A stretch of DNA of 45,150 bases, taken from Chiloscyllium plagiosum. Its lineage: Eukaryota. Position 1 is the first letter of the stretch; each line of letters begins with the position of its first letter. Made by a program: the position numbers and the translations under genes. Below, in pieces: positions 1 to 10,837 of the stretch. The notes beneath the pieces were generated by a model, which saw only the letters and a program-made list of their open reading frames with translations, did no database searches and was not told where the DNA came from. The stretch spans positions 13,443,852-13,489,001 of the forward strand of contig NC_057750.1 in NCBI RefSeq assembly GCF_004010195.1, in the 5' to 3' direction.

Positions 1-175
1 GGGGGAAAGAGTGAGGAGGAGAAAGAGACAGATAGAGGTGGAGAGGGGGAGACGGAGACGGGTAGAGAGGAAGAGAGGGAGAGGGGAAAAGGCAGAAAGA
101 GAAAAATACAGAGAGGAGGAGATAGGAATGAGAACAGAGGAAGAGGGGAAAACGCAGGAAGAGAAAGTGAGAAGG
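1..175. repeat. Purine-rich (GA) low-complexity tract
   Basis: Almost exclusively G/A; explains the spurious R/E/K-rich ORF 11..241. Confidence 0.8.
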
Positions 176-568
176 TTTTGGGAGGAATTTCACAGCATCT
201 GGCCTTGTATGACAATACTTCAGAAGTATCTCATTGACTGAAAAGCACAGTGGGCCTTCCTTTGGTTTTGGAGGGTGCTACACAAAGGTGAAACCTCCCT
301 TTGTCCTGGAAGTAGGTCCGTGGTCTTTAATATTGGGTGAGGTATTACAGGGAGTTGTTCCATACTCTGCCAGCAGGTGCCGGACTGTGCATGACAACGG
401 GGCTGACAGGTCACTAACAACACTCGCTGTTCTGAATCCTGGAAGAAAATATCCTTCCTTATTATAGTTGGAGTCTCCACAATCGGGGCATTAGCACTGA
501 CTCGGAGTGGATATCGGATGGTTCAGCAACCTTCTGTCAATGTCACACCTTAGACAGGGTGAAGTGAT

Positions 569-607
569 TTCACCTGATGAAGGAGCAGCGCTCCGAAGGC
601 TTGTGAA
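569..607 (+). ncRNA. Minimal type I hammerhead-ribozyme-like motif in a Penelope-type repeat remnant
   Basis: TTCAC-CTGATGA-A-GGAGC(AGC)GCTCC-GAAG-GCT-T-GTGAA: 5-bp stem I, CUGAUGA core, 5-bp stem II; GAAA is changed to GAAG. Confidence 0.5.
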
Positions 608-867
608 TTTAAATAAACCTGACATTGTCCACCCCATTCCAACACCGGCACTCCCACATCATGGATTGCCTGAGACAGAATACGCTGCATCAGTCTCTCT
701 TTATTCCAATAGGATTTTACCCTGTTCCACATGAACGCTTTTTAAAAATCCCATGAGAAGTTTATGAAAGTATAAAGAAGGAGCAGGAGGTGCCCACTCA
801 GCCCCTCGATTCTGTTATTCAATACAATCGTGGCTAATCTGATTGTAACCTTGGGTTAATGGGTAGG

Positions 868-965
868 TATGGTGGCTCAGTGCTGATCACTGCTCCCTCA
901 CAGCGCCAGGTAACCCGGGTTACTTGGACGACTGTTCATGTGGAGTTTGCACATTCTCCCCGTAT
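868..965 (+). mobile_element. HE1-type V-SINE, 5' fragment
   Basis: GGTGGCTCAGTG...CTCACAGCGCCAGG...CCCGGGTT tRNA-like head, then TGTGGAGTTTGCACATTCTCCCC, shared with the other HE1 copies in the window. Confidence 0.75.
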
Positions 966-1090
966 GTGTATGTGTGTGTGTGTCTGTGTTGTCTGTGTTG
1001 TGTGTGTGTGTCTGTGTTGTGTGTGTTGTGTGTGTGTGTCTGTGTTGTGTGTGTGTCTGTGTTGTGTGTGTGTCTGTGTTGTGTGTTTGT
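965..1090. repeat. Compound (GT)n / CTGTGTTGT microsatellite
   Basis: Direct inspection. Confidence 0.9.
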
Positions 1091-1934
1091 CATCGAGACA
1101 GTGCAAAGGAGTTTCACCAGACTAAACCCTGGCATGATGGTACCATGAGGAGAGAGTGCAGTAACTATGTGTTTAATCTGTAGCAATGTGAAAGAATAAA
1201 GAATTGAAACTTGATGAATATGGACGGACACTCATTTATGTACTATGAATAATTAAAACAGGTAGATCAATTTTGAGCAGTTGTTCTTTTCAGTTCCTGC
1301 TCCATTTGTTTGTGATATTAGATAATCTCTCAGACTTTCCTGTTCCTGTGTTAGTGACTTCAAAAACTGAATGACATCTTCCTCTTCTTTTGTAAGTGAC
1401 TCCGTGTGTGAAATAGACTCTTTCGGATTCTGTGTAAGTAACGTGTGGGAGTGAGCAGATTCCTTCTTTTCCTTTGTAAATGACAGGAGGTACTAAATGC
1501 ATTACCATACGTCTTGTCCAAAAGTTTGATGGGCTGAATGACTTCTCATCTTCTTGTGAACCCAGATTAAGGTGCTAACTGAGCAGCACCTTTTATTGTC
1601 GAATTGTGCTGTGTGTAGCAGTGCTGTTGCATGAATGTTACCCAAACCTATACAGTACGATCTTTAATGGTGTCTAGTTCTTGTTGCACATGGACATTGA
1701 CTACTTGTTCTGAACATTATGTAAACTTCAGTTAATATCCCCACTTATGTTCATTTGGACACAATGGACTGAATGGCCTTCTTCCACACTGTACGGATTC
1801 AATGATGATAAACTGGAGCTTCCTAGGCTGAGGAAGCTATCCTAAAGATCTCCTGCAGATTTTGTGGTGTGTGTGTGTGTCTGTGTTCTGTGTGTCTGTG
1901 TTGTGGGTGTCTGTCTGTGTGGTGTGTGTGTGTA

Positions 1935-2115
1935 TTTCCTCTGGTTCCCCCCCACATTCCAACGATGTGCAGGTTAGGGTGGATTGGCTGTGCTAAAGTG
2001 TTCAGGGATGTGGGTTAGCAGATGGGAAATGCAGGGCTACAGGGGCAAGGGTGGGTCTGGGTTGGGACGCTCTTTGAAGGGTCGGGCTGGACCTGATGGG
2101 CTGAATGGCCTGTTC
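1935..2115 (+). mobile_element. HE1-type V-SINE, central and 3' fragment
   Basis: GATGTGCAGGTTAGGGTGGATTGGC...GGGCTGAATGGCCTGTT, matching the other copies. Confidence 0.7.
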
Positions 2116-2382
2116 CCACCCTTCACCAGCCTTTTTTTCTTCGAGAAGCGACCTTCAAATTTCTTGAGGGTTCCACTTCCATAATTTTTCGGGGTTGGAG
2201 TCTCAAAGATTCATGACCCTCTGACAGAAAAAATATTGCCTCATCTTCGTTGGAAATCCCTGATTTTCACACAGTTACCCTACCCCCCCTCCCCTCCAGA
2301 TCCTTCCATAAGAGGGAATACCCTCTCCACATCTACCCCTCAGGTTAAAGATGCCTCAGGATCATCTGTTCTCAAAGGGAGA

Positions 2383-3290
2383 GGGGATGGCCGAGTGTTG
2401 CTATCACTAGGCAGTTAACCCAGGTAATGCTCTGAGGAACCCTGGTTTGAATCCTGCAGGTACTGGAGTTTGAATTCAATAAATATTAGGAATTAGGAGT
2501 CTTATAATGACCATTATTTCATTGTTGGAAAAGTCTATTTGGTTCACTAATGCCCCTTTTAGGGAAGGAAACGGTCATCCTTACCTGGTCTGGCCTACAT
2601 TAACAGCACAGAGGTGGAATGAGTGGAGAGTGTCAAGCTCCTGGGAGTGGTCATCCACAACAAGCTTTCTTGGACTCTTCATGTGGACGCACTGGTTACA
2701 AAGACCCAACAATGTCTCTTCTTCCTCAGACAGCCGAGGAAATTTGGCATGACGGTGTATACCCTTACCAACTTTTATAGGTGCGCCATCGAGAGCACGC
2801 TGTCTGGGTGTGTCACTACCTGGTATGGGAGCTGTACCATTCAAGATCGGAGACGGTTACAGAGTGTGGTGAACTCAGCCCGGACAATCACAAAGGCCAA
2901 CCTCCCATCTATAGAATCCATCTACCAGGCCCACTGTCAAGGAAAGGCCAGCATTCTCAAAGATCCATCCCACCCTGGCAATGTTTTTCTACAACCTTTA
3001 CCATCGGGGAGAAGGTACAGAAGCCTCAACACACGCACCAGCCAGTTTCACAACAGTGTCTACCCGACTGTTGTTAGAATACTTTTTGTTTTTGCCGCTG
3101 TTTACCTATTATTTACTTATCTATGCTACTTAACTCTGTGACCTGCCTGTATTGCTCGCAAAACAAAGCTTTTCACTGTACCTCGGTACACATGACAATA
3201 AATTCAATTCAATTCAATTCAGTGTGACTCCGGACCCACAGCCGTACGGTTGACTCTTAACTGCCCTCTGGCAATTAGGGATGGGCACAT
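2383..3290 (+). mobile_element. tRNA-derived SINE split in two (2383-2600 and 3222-3290) by a Rex1 insertion
   Basis: The left half ends TGGTCTGGCCTACAT and the right half resumes GTGACTCCGGACCCACAGC; the same sequence is uninterrupted at 12775-12810. Confidence 0.75.
2601..3221 (+). mobile_element. Rex1/Rex-Babar LINE, 5'-truncated (RT C-terminus, DUF1891-like region)
   Basis: ORF 2623..3141 KLLGVVIHNKLSWTLHVDALVTKTQQCLFFLR...NFYRCAIESTLSGCVTTWYG...DPSHPG..LPSGRRYRS; (AATTC)n 3' tail. Confidence 0.85.
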
Positions 3291-3525
3291 TCTCCCTGTG
3301 CCTGTGCAGGTTTCCTCCCACAGTCCAACGATGTGTAGGTTAGGGTGGATTGGCAATGCTACGTTGCCTGTAGTGTTCAGGGATGTGCAGGCTAGGTGGG
3401 GTAGCCATGGGGAATGCAGGGTTACAGGGACAGGGGTGGGTCTGGCTGGGATGTGCAGGCTAGGTGGGGTAGCCATGGGGAATGCAGGGTTACAGGGTGG
3501 GTCTCGCTGGGATGTTCTTTGGAGG
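3290..3525 (+). mobile_element. HE1-type SINE fragment with an internal duplication
   Basis: TCCCACAGTCCAACGATGTGTAGGTTAGGGTGGATTGGC; the GGGATGTGCAGGCTAGGTGGGGTAGCCATGGGGAATGCAGGGTTACAGGG block occurs twice. Confidence 0.7.
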
Positions 3526-3632
3526 CCTGGCCAGCAACACCCTCATCCTGTGTGTGAATGAAAACAAAAGGATACAAACCCAGTTCCTCATGAGAGGGTA
3601 GCTCTCATTCCAGAGATTAATCTGGTGAACCT

Positions 3633-4045
3633 TAGAATCCCTACAGAGGGGAAACAGGCCATTTGGCCCATTGAGTCTATACTGACCCCCTGAAGAACAG
3701 CCTATCCAGATCTACCCTGTCCCTGTAACTCTGCATTTCTCATGGCGAACCCACCTAGCATGGACACTATGGGGCAATTTAGCTTGGTCAATCCACCCTA
3801 ACCTGCACATCTTTGGACTGGATCATCTCATAGAGGTTTATAATATCACGAGGGACATGGATAAGGTGAAAAACCAAAGTCTATCTCCAAGGGTAGGGGG
3901 GGTTCAAAACTAGAGGGCATAAGATTAAGGGAGGAAACCCACTCAGACACTGGGAGAATATGCAAATGCCACACAGACAGTCAGGAATTGAACCGGGGTC
4001 CCTGGTGCTGTGAGGCAGCAGTGCTAACCACTGAGCCACCACCAC
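3633..4045 (-). mobile_element. HE1-type SINE interrupted by a short opposite-strand CR1 fragment (~3821-3930)
   Basis: Reverse-strand HE1 tail, V domain and head; the insert GATCATCTCATAGAGGTTTATAATATCACGAGGG...ACTAGAGGGCAT matches CR1 ORF2 3' sequence. Confidence 0.7.
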
Positions 4046-5368
4046 TGTGGACAGTGAGCTATTTCTAACACCGTTATGTCCTTCCTTCAGTAAGACCTAT
4101 GTCCATCACACCTTGGTCCTGTCCTCTGAGTTCCCTCTACACCACAGTAAGAGCCCCACCCCTTCCCCATCGAGATCTCCATCCCTCACAGTGAGGGAAA
4201 ATGTGTGGATTTGTAGTCACCATCTTTGAAGGTACCACGAGATGCTGGTTCTGAGAGTCTCCCACTCTCACCTCCTGCCATAGACACATCTGAAGTTGAC
4301 CTTTGACCTGTTAAGCCTTGTTTCTGAACACACCTAACCCCGCCCCCCCCACCTCACCCATCAATGGGACTCAAACTCACAATGTCTGGGTCAGAGGCGA
4401 GGGACATCACCCACTGCCCCACTGACGTTCAAGTCCCGCCTCCCTGCCTGAGGACTGCACTTGGGCCCTTCAGCTCCTGAGACAGGGACGCAGCCTCCCA
4501 TGCTGAGCTGCAGACTTCTCTTGCTCGTCCCCTGGCAGTGGCTTGCTTGCATTTAAGTAGCGTCTTCCACAAGGAAAATCTTCCCACGGCACCCCACAGG
4601 GGCATGACAAAGCTGAAGAGGAGATGTGAAGATGGTGGGGGGGGAGGTCAGTGAGGGGGGTCCGTGGGGAGACAGCAAGAATATGGTCAGAGAGGCGCGT
4701 TTTGAAGAACACGAAGAGATAATCTTAAAACCCTCTGGACACTTTTCGGAACCTGCTTAACCCTCCCCCGGTGAACATGGGGTTTTGAGACTGGGGTCCC
4801 AATATCCCCTGATGTGGGTGAGTTTGTTTCTCATTCTTTGGCAAGGTTCCATTGTGGGAAAGGTGCCATATAAATGCACATGTTGTTGGTGTCTGACTTG
4901 CTCAGTCGAAATGGCCGAGGGATCAGCTGACAGTCCACGTGCCTTTAAGACTCTATGATGTGGGAACAGAAGTAGGCCATTCAGCCCATCGGGTCTGGTC
5001 AGATAATCCTGAACTCCACTTCCCAGCCTTTTCCCTCGATTCCTCCTCGTCTCAGGCTGAATTAGCCCAGCCTCGACAGAGCCACTCCCCTCGATGAGGA
5101 GAAATTCCTCCTCGCCTTCCTCTCAACCCCTTACTCTGAAGTGATGCCTCTTTGACCCTGGACTCTTCCACAAGGGGAGCCAACCTCTCCACTTTTCTCA
5201 CCCCCCACCCCCCAGTCAGGCCCTTCATTAATCTTGCAGGTTACTATCAGGTCACCTCTCGTTAAAAACCCCAGCGAGTACCGACCCAGTCTGCACGGCC
5301 TCTCTCCGTGAGACAGTTCCCCAAACCCTCCTGTTCCGACGTGTGTGGAAGCTTTCCTCCTCTTACAG

Positions 5369-5745
5369 GTGTGACACAGCCCCCCAGTGGAACCTGGCCT
5401 GGGTGGTGCTGTGCCTTTAAGAGATGCTCAATGTTAATCAAAGATCCATCAATCAACTGTGAGGCATGATCTGCCTGCTGGACATTGAAGGTAGGTTCGA
5501 TCATGGGGGATGAGAGGGCGTTCTGAAGCAATGACAGTCCAACACTAATGCCAACCCCCCCCCTTCTCTCTGCCTCCCTCTCTTGCTTTGTCCACAAAAT
5601 GCTTTATTAATTGACTTTGTCTCTCTTGCTTACTGCTGCCTGGCATCCACCTCCCCAGTGAATGCGGTCAGAGTTCCTCCTTTTGTTGCACTCTGACAGG
5701 GGTATAATTAAATGATTAATGTCCCTGCGTTACCCTGTCATTGCC
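5369..5745. promoter_or_regulatory. Candidate developmental enhancer / conserved non-coding element
   Basis: Non-repetitive sequence with TGATNNAT Pbx-Hox sites (5444-5451 and 5448-5455 reverse, 5713-5720), TGACAG Meis sites (5532, 5694, 5735 reverse), ATCAAAG TCF site (5437-5443) and TAATTA. Confidence 0.4.
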
Positions 5746-5939
5746 TGCTGGTGCTGGACCTCAGACAAGAGGTTACTGTTGCTGTTGTGATCCTCCCCTT
5801 GCTCGAAGACCCCATCGTTTCTCTCCCCTCACTTCCCCCCCCCCCCGCCACCTCAGCGAACCACACCATCTGTTTATAACCTGGGCTTTTGCTTTTAAAT
5901 GTTCATTTCTGTTGTTGTTGTGGGAAAGGGGGCTTGATT

Positions 5940-6190
5940 TCCCCGTACCAATCCACGTCGACGTCAATCTCGGTGGAAGGCCATTTTGTGGCTTGGCGCA
6001 CCCTGCAGCCTTGATTCGGGCTGACGTGATGCCGGGTTCGAAAAGGTTTTCTGCTTCAGAGAATTCGGCTCGGCGCGAGAAAGGGGACATTCGGCCTGCT
6101 CCGTCAGTGCTGGCCCTCTGGCCCAGCCACCTTCAGATTAAGTTTCGATTAATTCTGGGGAGACCAGCATCGAACGCAGAATTCCAAAGG
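5940..6190. promoter_or_regulatory. CpG-rich promoter/enhancer-like patch
   Basis: Locally dense CpG; CCAAT, GACGTCA and TGACGTGA (CRE/ATF-like), GCCATTTT (YY1-like). Confidence 0.35.
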
Positions 6191-6814
6191 TGGCCTAATT
6201 AATGCAGCCGCAAACACGCCACTCCAACTCCGACACTCAGTGCTCTAAACGTACCAGACGCTTTCTTCACCACCCTCGCTACCTGCGACTCCACTTTCAA
6301 GGAACAATGAACCTGCACTCTCTTTGTTCAGCAACGCACCCCAGGACGGTACCATTAAGTGTGAAGTCCAGCCCTGAGTTAATCCAAGTGGAGTGGAACC
6401 CTCTGGCCCAGGAGGGTGTTTAGACTGGGCGGGGTCTACTAGCACTGCAGACCCTGAGGGTTGGCGGAGAGTGTTGGCGTAAGGGTTATTAAGATCCATG
6501 GAACCAAAGTGAGACAATGGAGTCAAGCTACTAATCCACGATCCAATGGAATGGCTGAACAGGCCTAGTGGGCTGAATGGCCTCCCCTTGGCCCTTTAAG
6601 GAGTAGCTAAAGGGCACAAGCATGCCCCCACCACACCCCCCCCCCCCCATCCCAAGTGATGTTGGAACAATTTAATCCAACCAGAGTTCAATGTCTTGTT
6701 GTAAAAAGGTCACATTCGTTTGACTGACTCCAGTTCCATCCCTGTCTGCTCAGCCATCTTTGTGTTTGCTGGTCTCTATCCTTTTCAGTTCTTGATGCTA
6801 TAGTGCCTTTTAAT

Positions 6815-7400
6815 AATTCATTCACGGGATGTGGGGGTCGCTGTCTGGGAAAGCACTCACTGTCCGTCCCTAGTTGCCCCTTGAGAAGGTGGGGGTGAGC
6901 TGCCATCTTGAACCGCTGCTATCCGTGTGCTGTGCGTTGACCCACAATGCCCTGAGGGAGGGAATTCCAGGACTTTGACACAGTGACAGTGAAGGAATGG
7001 CGATATATTTCCAAGTCGGGATGGTGAGTGGCTCAGAGGGGAACTTGCAGGGGGTGGTGTTCCTGTGTATCTGCTGTCCTTTATCCTTCTAGATGGAAGT
7101 GGTCGTGGGTTTGGAAGGTGCTGCCTGAGGATCTTGGGTGAATTTCTGAAGAGCATCTCGTAGATGGTACACCCTGCTGCTACTGAGCGTCGGTGGTGGA
7201 GGGAGGGGATGTTTGTGGATGTGATGCCAATCAAGCGGGGGCTGCTTTGCCCGACGGTGTTGAGCTGCTTGAGTGTTGTAGGAGCTGCCCCCATCCGGGG
7301 CAAGTGGGGAGTATTCCATCACACTCCTGATTCGTGCCTTATAGATGGCGGACAGGCTTTATTCCCAGCCTCTGACCCGCTCTTGTAGATACAGTGTTTA
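6815..7400 (-). mobile_element. CR1/L2-group LINE 3' fragment (second LINE family)
   Basis: MEYSPLA..GAAPTTLKQLNT..LIGITSTNIPSLHHRRSVAAGCTIY..NSPKILRQHLPNPRPLPSRR; 3' UTR ends CACATCCCGTGAATGAA. Confidence 0.8.
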
Positions 7401-7439
7401 TGGGACCGAATTCCAGGATACAGTTGGATTCCTAAAATA

Positions 7440-7620
7440 CCAGCCTTGAGCTACAATACGGCCTTGAGCTATAATACAGGCCCCAGTCTAAATATACTAC
7501 ATGGCCTACAATGCAAGCCCTGGCCTACAATCCAGGCCTTGAGTTACACTACAGGCCCTGGCCTACAATACAGGTCATGACCTACATTTCAGGTCCCGGC
7601 CTACAATCCAGGCCTCGGGA
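7440..7620. repeat. Degenerate ~20-bp tandem repeat (GGCCTTGAGCTACAATACA-like)
   Basis: Recurring CTACAAT / AGGCC motifs about every 20 bp. Confidence 0.6.
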
Positions 7621-7689
7621 CACTGCAGACCCCAGTGGAGCCAAACCAAAATCGATGGAACCTCGCAAACAGAAAACCGAAACAGCGAC

Positions 7690-8210
7690 GGGGAGAGAGA
7701 ACAAAAGCTGGCCAGAAATGTTAAAAGCGGACTGTTTTCATTTTTGATTCTTTTTTCTCGGTGGCATTTTCGCTTTGACGTCTTCACCGCCCCCATCCAA
7801 AAATTAACCCTCCCCCCCAACGAAATCGATTAAAAAAAACACACCGCCCGCAAAACGAAAAGCAAAAAGATAAATTGAACGACGTAATCCAGCCGCTTGG
7901 AGCTGCTCCTGGGAAATGGGTACGAGTGCATTATTATCCCCCACAAGAACAATTTGGCTTGATGTAAAAGCTGTTTTATTTGTGACGGTTGGTCACCAAT
8001 AGGGAGCCCCGCCTCCCCTGTCAAACGGAGTAGGCCGAGGATGATAAATGAGCGAAGCCGTCGTGGAAGAAGGCCGAGGGATTGGGAAAATAGAGCCATT
8101 CATCATTGCTTGACATGTGTCACTCAGCCGGCCCGCTCTCGGCTGAATCGGTGGCTTGTAATTTTGTCCTTGCCTCAAATGAGTAATTTTTAAACGCGTT
8201 TGCCTCACAT
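7690..8210. promoter_or_regulatory. CpG-rich promoter-like unique region
   Basis: High CpG density, TGACGTC, CCAAT (~7996), GC box CCCCGCCTCC (~8007), CTGTCA, TGATAAAT (8042-8049). Confidence 0.35.

Positions 8211-8214
<4 letters not shown>

Positions 8215-8243
<29 letters not shown>
8215..8243. repeat. (CT)n microsatellite
   Basis: Direct inspection. Confidence 0.9.
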
Positions 8244-8839
8244 TCAGCCAGCCAGCTCCCACCCCATTCACTGACCCCGAATCGCTAAGCAGGATGAGAA
8301 ACAGGAGGAATTAAATAAAAAATCCCAGACGGCAAAATCGTCCTGTCCCCCAGTCTCCCGCCCTCCCACCCCCCCGGGGAGAGGGGACAGGAACCCTCTT
8401 GGCAGAATACGATTTTAATTAGATTTGATCATGTTCCAGCCTGCCTTTTGGCAAGCTAATGTGAGGGATTTGAAATGGAAGTTGATTTTTTTCTGGAAAG
8501 AGGTTCCATCTCGTTTTCCAGAGGTCATGGGTCATTATTTTGTTTTAACGCTTCTTGTCTTTAATGCAGAATTGTCCGTTGAAATCATTTTAAAGGACCG
8601 GGCGCTGTTTTTTTAAAAAAGAAATTTGCTCATGGGAGGTGGGCACGGGTGACAAAGCCAGTGTTCGCTGACCCACGCTCAACCCAGCTCCATCTTAATT
8701 CGTCCTTCAGGAAGGGGATGCTGGGCAATGACGCCCCGAAGCCGGCAGGGTCTATCATCGTGCCGATGAATGGCCTCTGCACGGAGTTCCCAGCAGCAGG
8801 AATGGAAACATGACAGGGAATCTCAGTGCTCCATTTTGC

Positions 8840-9210
8840 AGTCCTCCTGCTGTGGGTAGACCCACAATGCCCTTAGGGAAGGAATTCCAGGATTTTGACC
8901 CAGCGACACTGAAGGAATGGCGATATATTTCCAAGTCAGGCTTGGCAAGGGGGGTGGTCTTCCCATGTGTCTGCTGCCCTTTTCCTTCTAGATGGAAGTG
9001 GTCATGGGGTTTGGAAGGTGCTGTCTGAGGATCTTTGGCGAATTGCTTGTAGATGGTACACCCTGCTGCTACTGAGCGTCGGTGGGGGAGGGAGGGGATG
9101 TTTGTGGATGTGGTGCCAACCAAGTGGGGGCTGCTTTGTCCTGGATGGTGTTGGGCTTCTAGAGTGTTGTTGGAGCTGCCCCCATCCAGGGGCAAGTGGG
9201 GAGTACTCCC
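8840..9210 (-). mobile_element. CR1/L2-group LINE fragment, same family as 6815-7400
   Basis: LVGTTSTNIPSLPHRRSVAAGCTIY...FSVAGSKSWNSFPKGIVG. Confidence 0.8.
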
Positions 9211-9379
9211 TCAGAAATTGTGTAATCTGATTGCCTCTGCCACCTGTTAAAAATATATATTCAGTGGCCTCTTAGTGTGTCTGTGTTTCATGTCAGAGTT
9301 TTTTAAGCTTAGCTTTAAAGACCTATGGAATCCTGGGAGGCTAGATTGACCAAATTTTGACAATTTCTCATAACAAGCG

Positions 9380-9495
9380 TTAAAAAATCCCACAACACCA
9401 GGTTATAGTCCAACAGGTTTATTTGGAAGCACTAGCTTTCGGAGCGCTGATCCTTCATCATGTGGTTGTGCACAACACTGGCATCTCCAAATCAT
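9380..9495 (-). mobile_element. Penelope-type terminal repeat remnant with a degenerate hammerhead core
   Basis: The reverse strand reads CAC-ATGATGA-AGGATCAGCGCTCC-GAAA-GCTA-GTG...AATAAACCTG, homologous to 569-625. Confidence 0.55.
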
Positions 9496-9599
9496 CATTA
9501 AAACCGGGTCTTATTTTTCCAAAACTATTGCATAAATTTAAATGTTGGAACCTTTAAGTTGAATGTGCTATGACTGAGGGATTCTGTTTAGCACTAGCA

Positions 9600-9812
9600 T
9601 GAATCCCTGACTTGTGCCTTGTAGATGGTGGACAGGCTTTGAGGAGTCTGGAGGTGAGTTACTCGCTGCAGGACTCCCAGCCTCTGACCTGCTCTTGTAG
9701 CCCCTGTGTTTATGTGGCTAGTCCAGGTGAGCTTCTGGTCAATGGCAACCCCCAGGACGTTGGTAATGGGTGATTCAGTGGTGGTAACACCATTGAATGC
9801 CAAGGGGTGATG
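9600..9812 (-). mobile_element. CR1/L2-group LINE RT fragment
   Basis: ESPITNVLGVAIDQKLTWTSHINTGATRAGQRLGVLQRVTHLQTPQSLSTIYKAQVR. Confidence 0.8.
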
Positions 9813-9824
9813 ACCTGTCCGAAT

Positions 9825-10295
9825 AACAGAACATAGAAAAGTACAGCACAGAACAGGCCATTTGGCCCACAATGTTGTACCGGGGTTTAATCCTAATGTA
9901 AAATACAATAACTTAACCTACCCCCCCTCAACTCACTGCCCTATCCATGTACATGTCCAGCAGTCGCTTAAATGTCCCCAATGACTCTGCTTCCACCACC
10001 ACAGCTGGCAGCACATTCCATGCATTCACAACTCTCTGTGTAAAGGACCGACCTCTGACATCTCCTCTATACCTTTCTCCCAATCCTGCCCTGGGGAAAA
10101 GTTTCTGGTTATTGACTCTATCTATTCCTCTCATTACCTTGTACACCTCGACCAGGTCTCCTCTCTTCCTCCTTCTCTCCAGAGAGAAAAGTCCGAGCTT
10201 ATTCAACCTTTCTTCATAAGGCAAGCCCTCCAGTCCAGGCAGCATCCTGGTAAACCTTCTTTGCACCCTCTCCAAAGCCTCTGCATCTTTCCAGG
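9825..10295 (-). mobile_element. HER1/CR1 LINE 3' end
   Basis: KDAEALERVQRRFTRMLPGLEGLPYEERLNKLGLFSLERRRKRGDL...FTQRVVNAWN; TTCTATG-type tail. Confidence 0.9.
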
Positions 10296-10837
10296 TAATG
10301 ACGATGATCACTGCCTGTCCACTGTGTGGGTTCAGCTGTTTACTGCCTGTCGCACTACCTGTCTGGTTTGGAAACCATGCAATTGCCCGACATTAGTTCA
10401 CGTCTCCTTGAACGGAAGCCACACTGGTACCCCCTACCCCACACCATCCCCCAGCACCAACCCACTCAGCTTGAGTCCAGGTTCCCACGGGGAGCTGGGC
10501 ACACAAGATGAAGGCAATCAGCTGTGGGTATTGTCCCTTTCTGCGGGAGGGAGAGCCCCTGGATCCATCCCGAGGTGTTTCCCAATACTAGACCTCAATT
10601 TTCACACACATTTAGGGTCAGAGAATCAGAAAAGGAAGCCATTTTCCCCAGCAGGTCAGAACTGGCTCTCTGAACGAGCACTTTAGCCGGTGCCATGTCT
10701 CCCCCTAATCCTGCGCACTGTTCCACTCTCGATAAATCTCCCATTCCCTTTGAATTTCCAGTTGAACATATCACCACATCTACTCCCCCCAGTCACATGT
10801 TGTGCCACATTTCCATATACGAATTACAGAACCCTTA

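Noticed and set aside
11..241. R/E/K-rich ORF
   Set aside because: Translation of a purine-rich low-complexity tract.
2623..3141. 172-aa ORF as a host gene
   Set aside because: It is the 3' end of a Rex1-type LINE ORF, nested in a SINE and followed by a microsatellite tail.
5262..6202. ORFs 5262..5597, 5741..6202 and 5773..6090 as proteins
   Set aside because: No recognisable domain; better explained as regulatory DNA.
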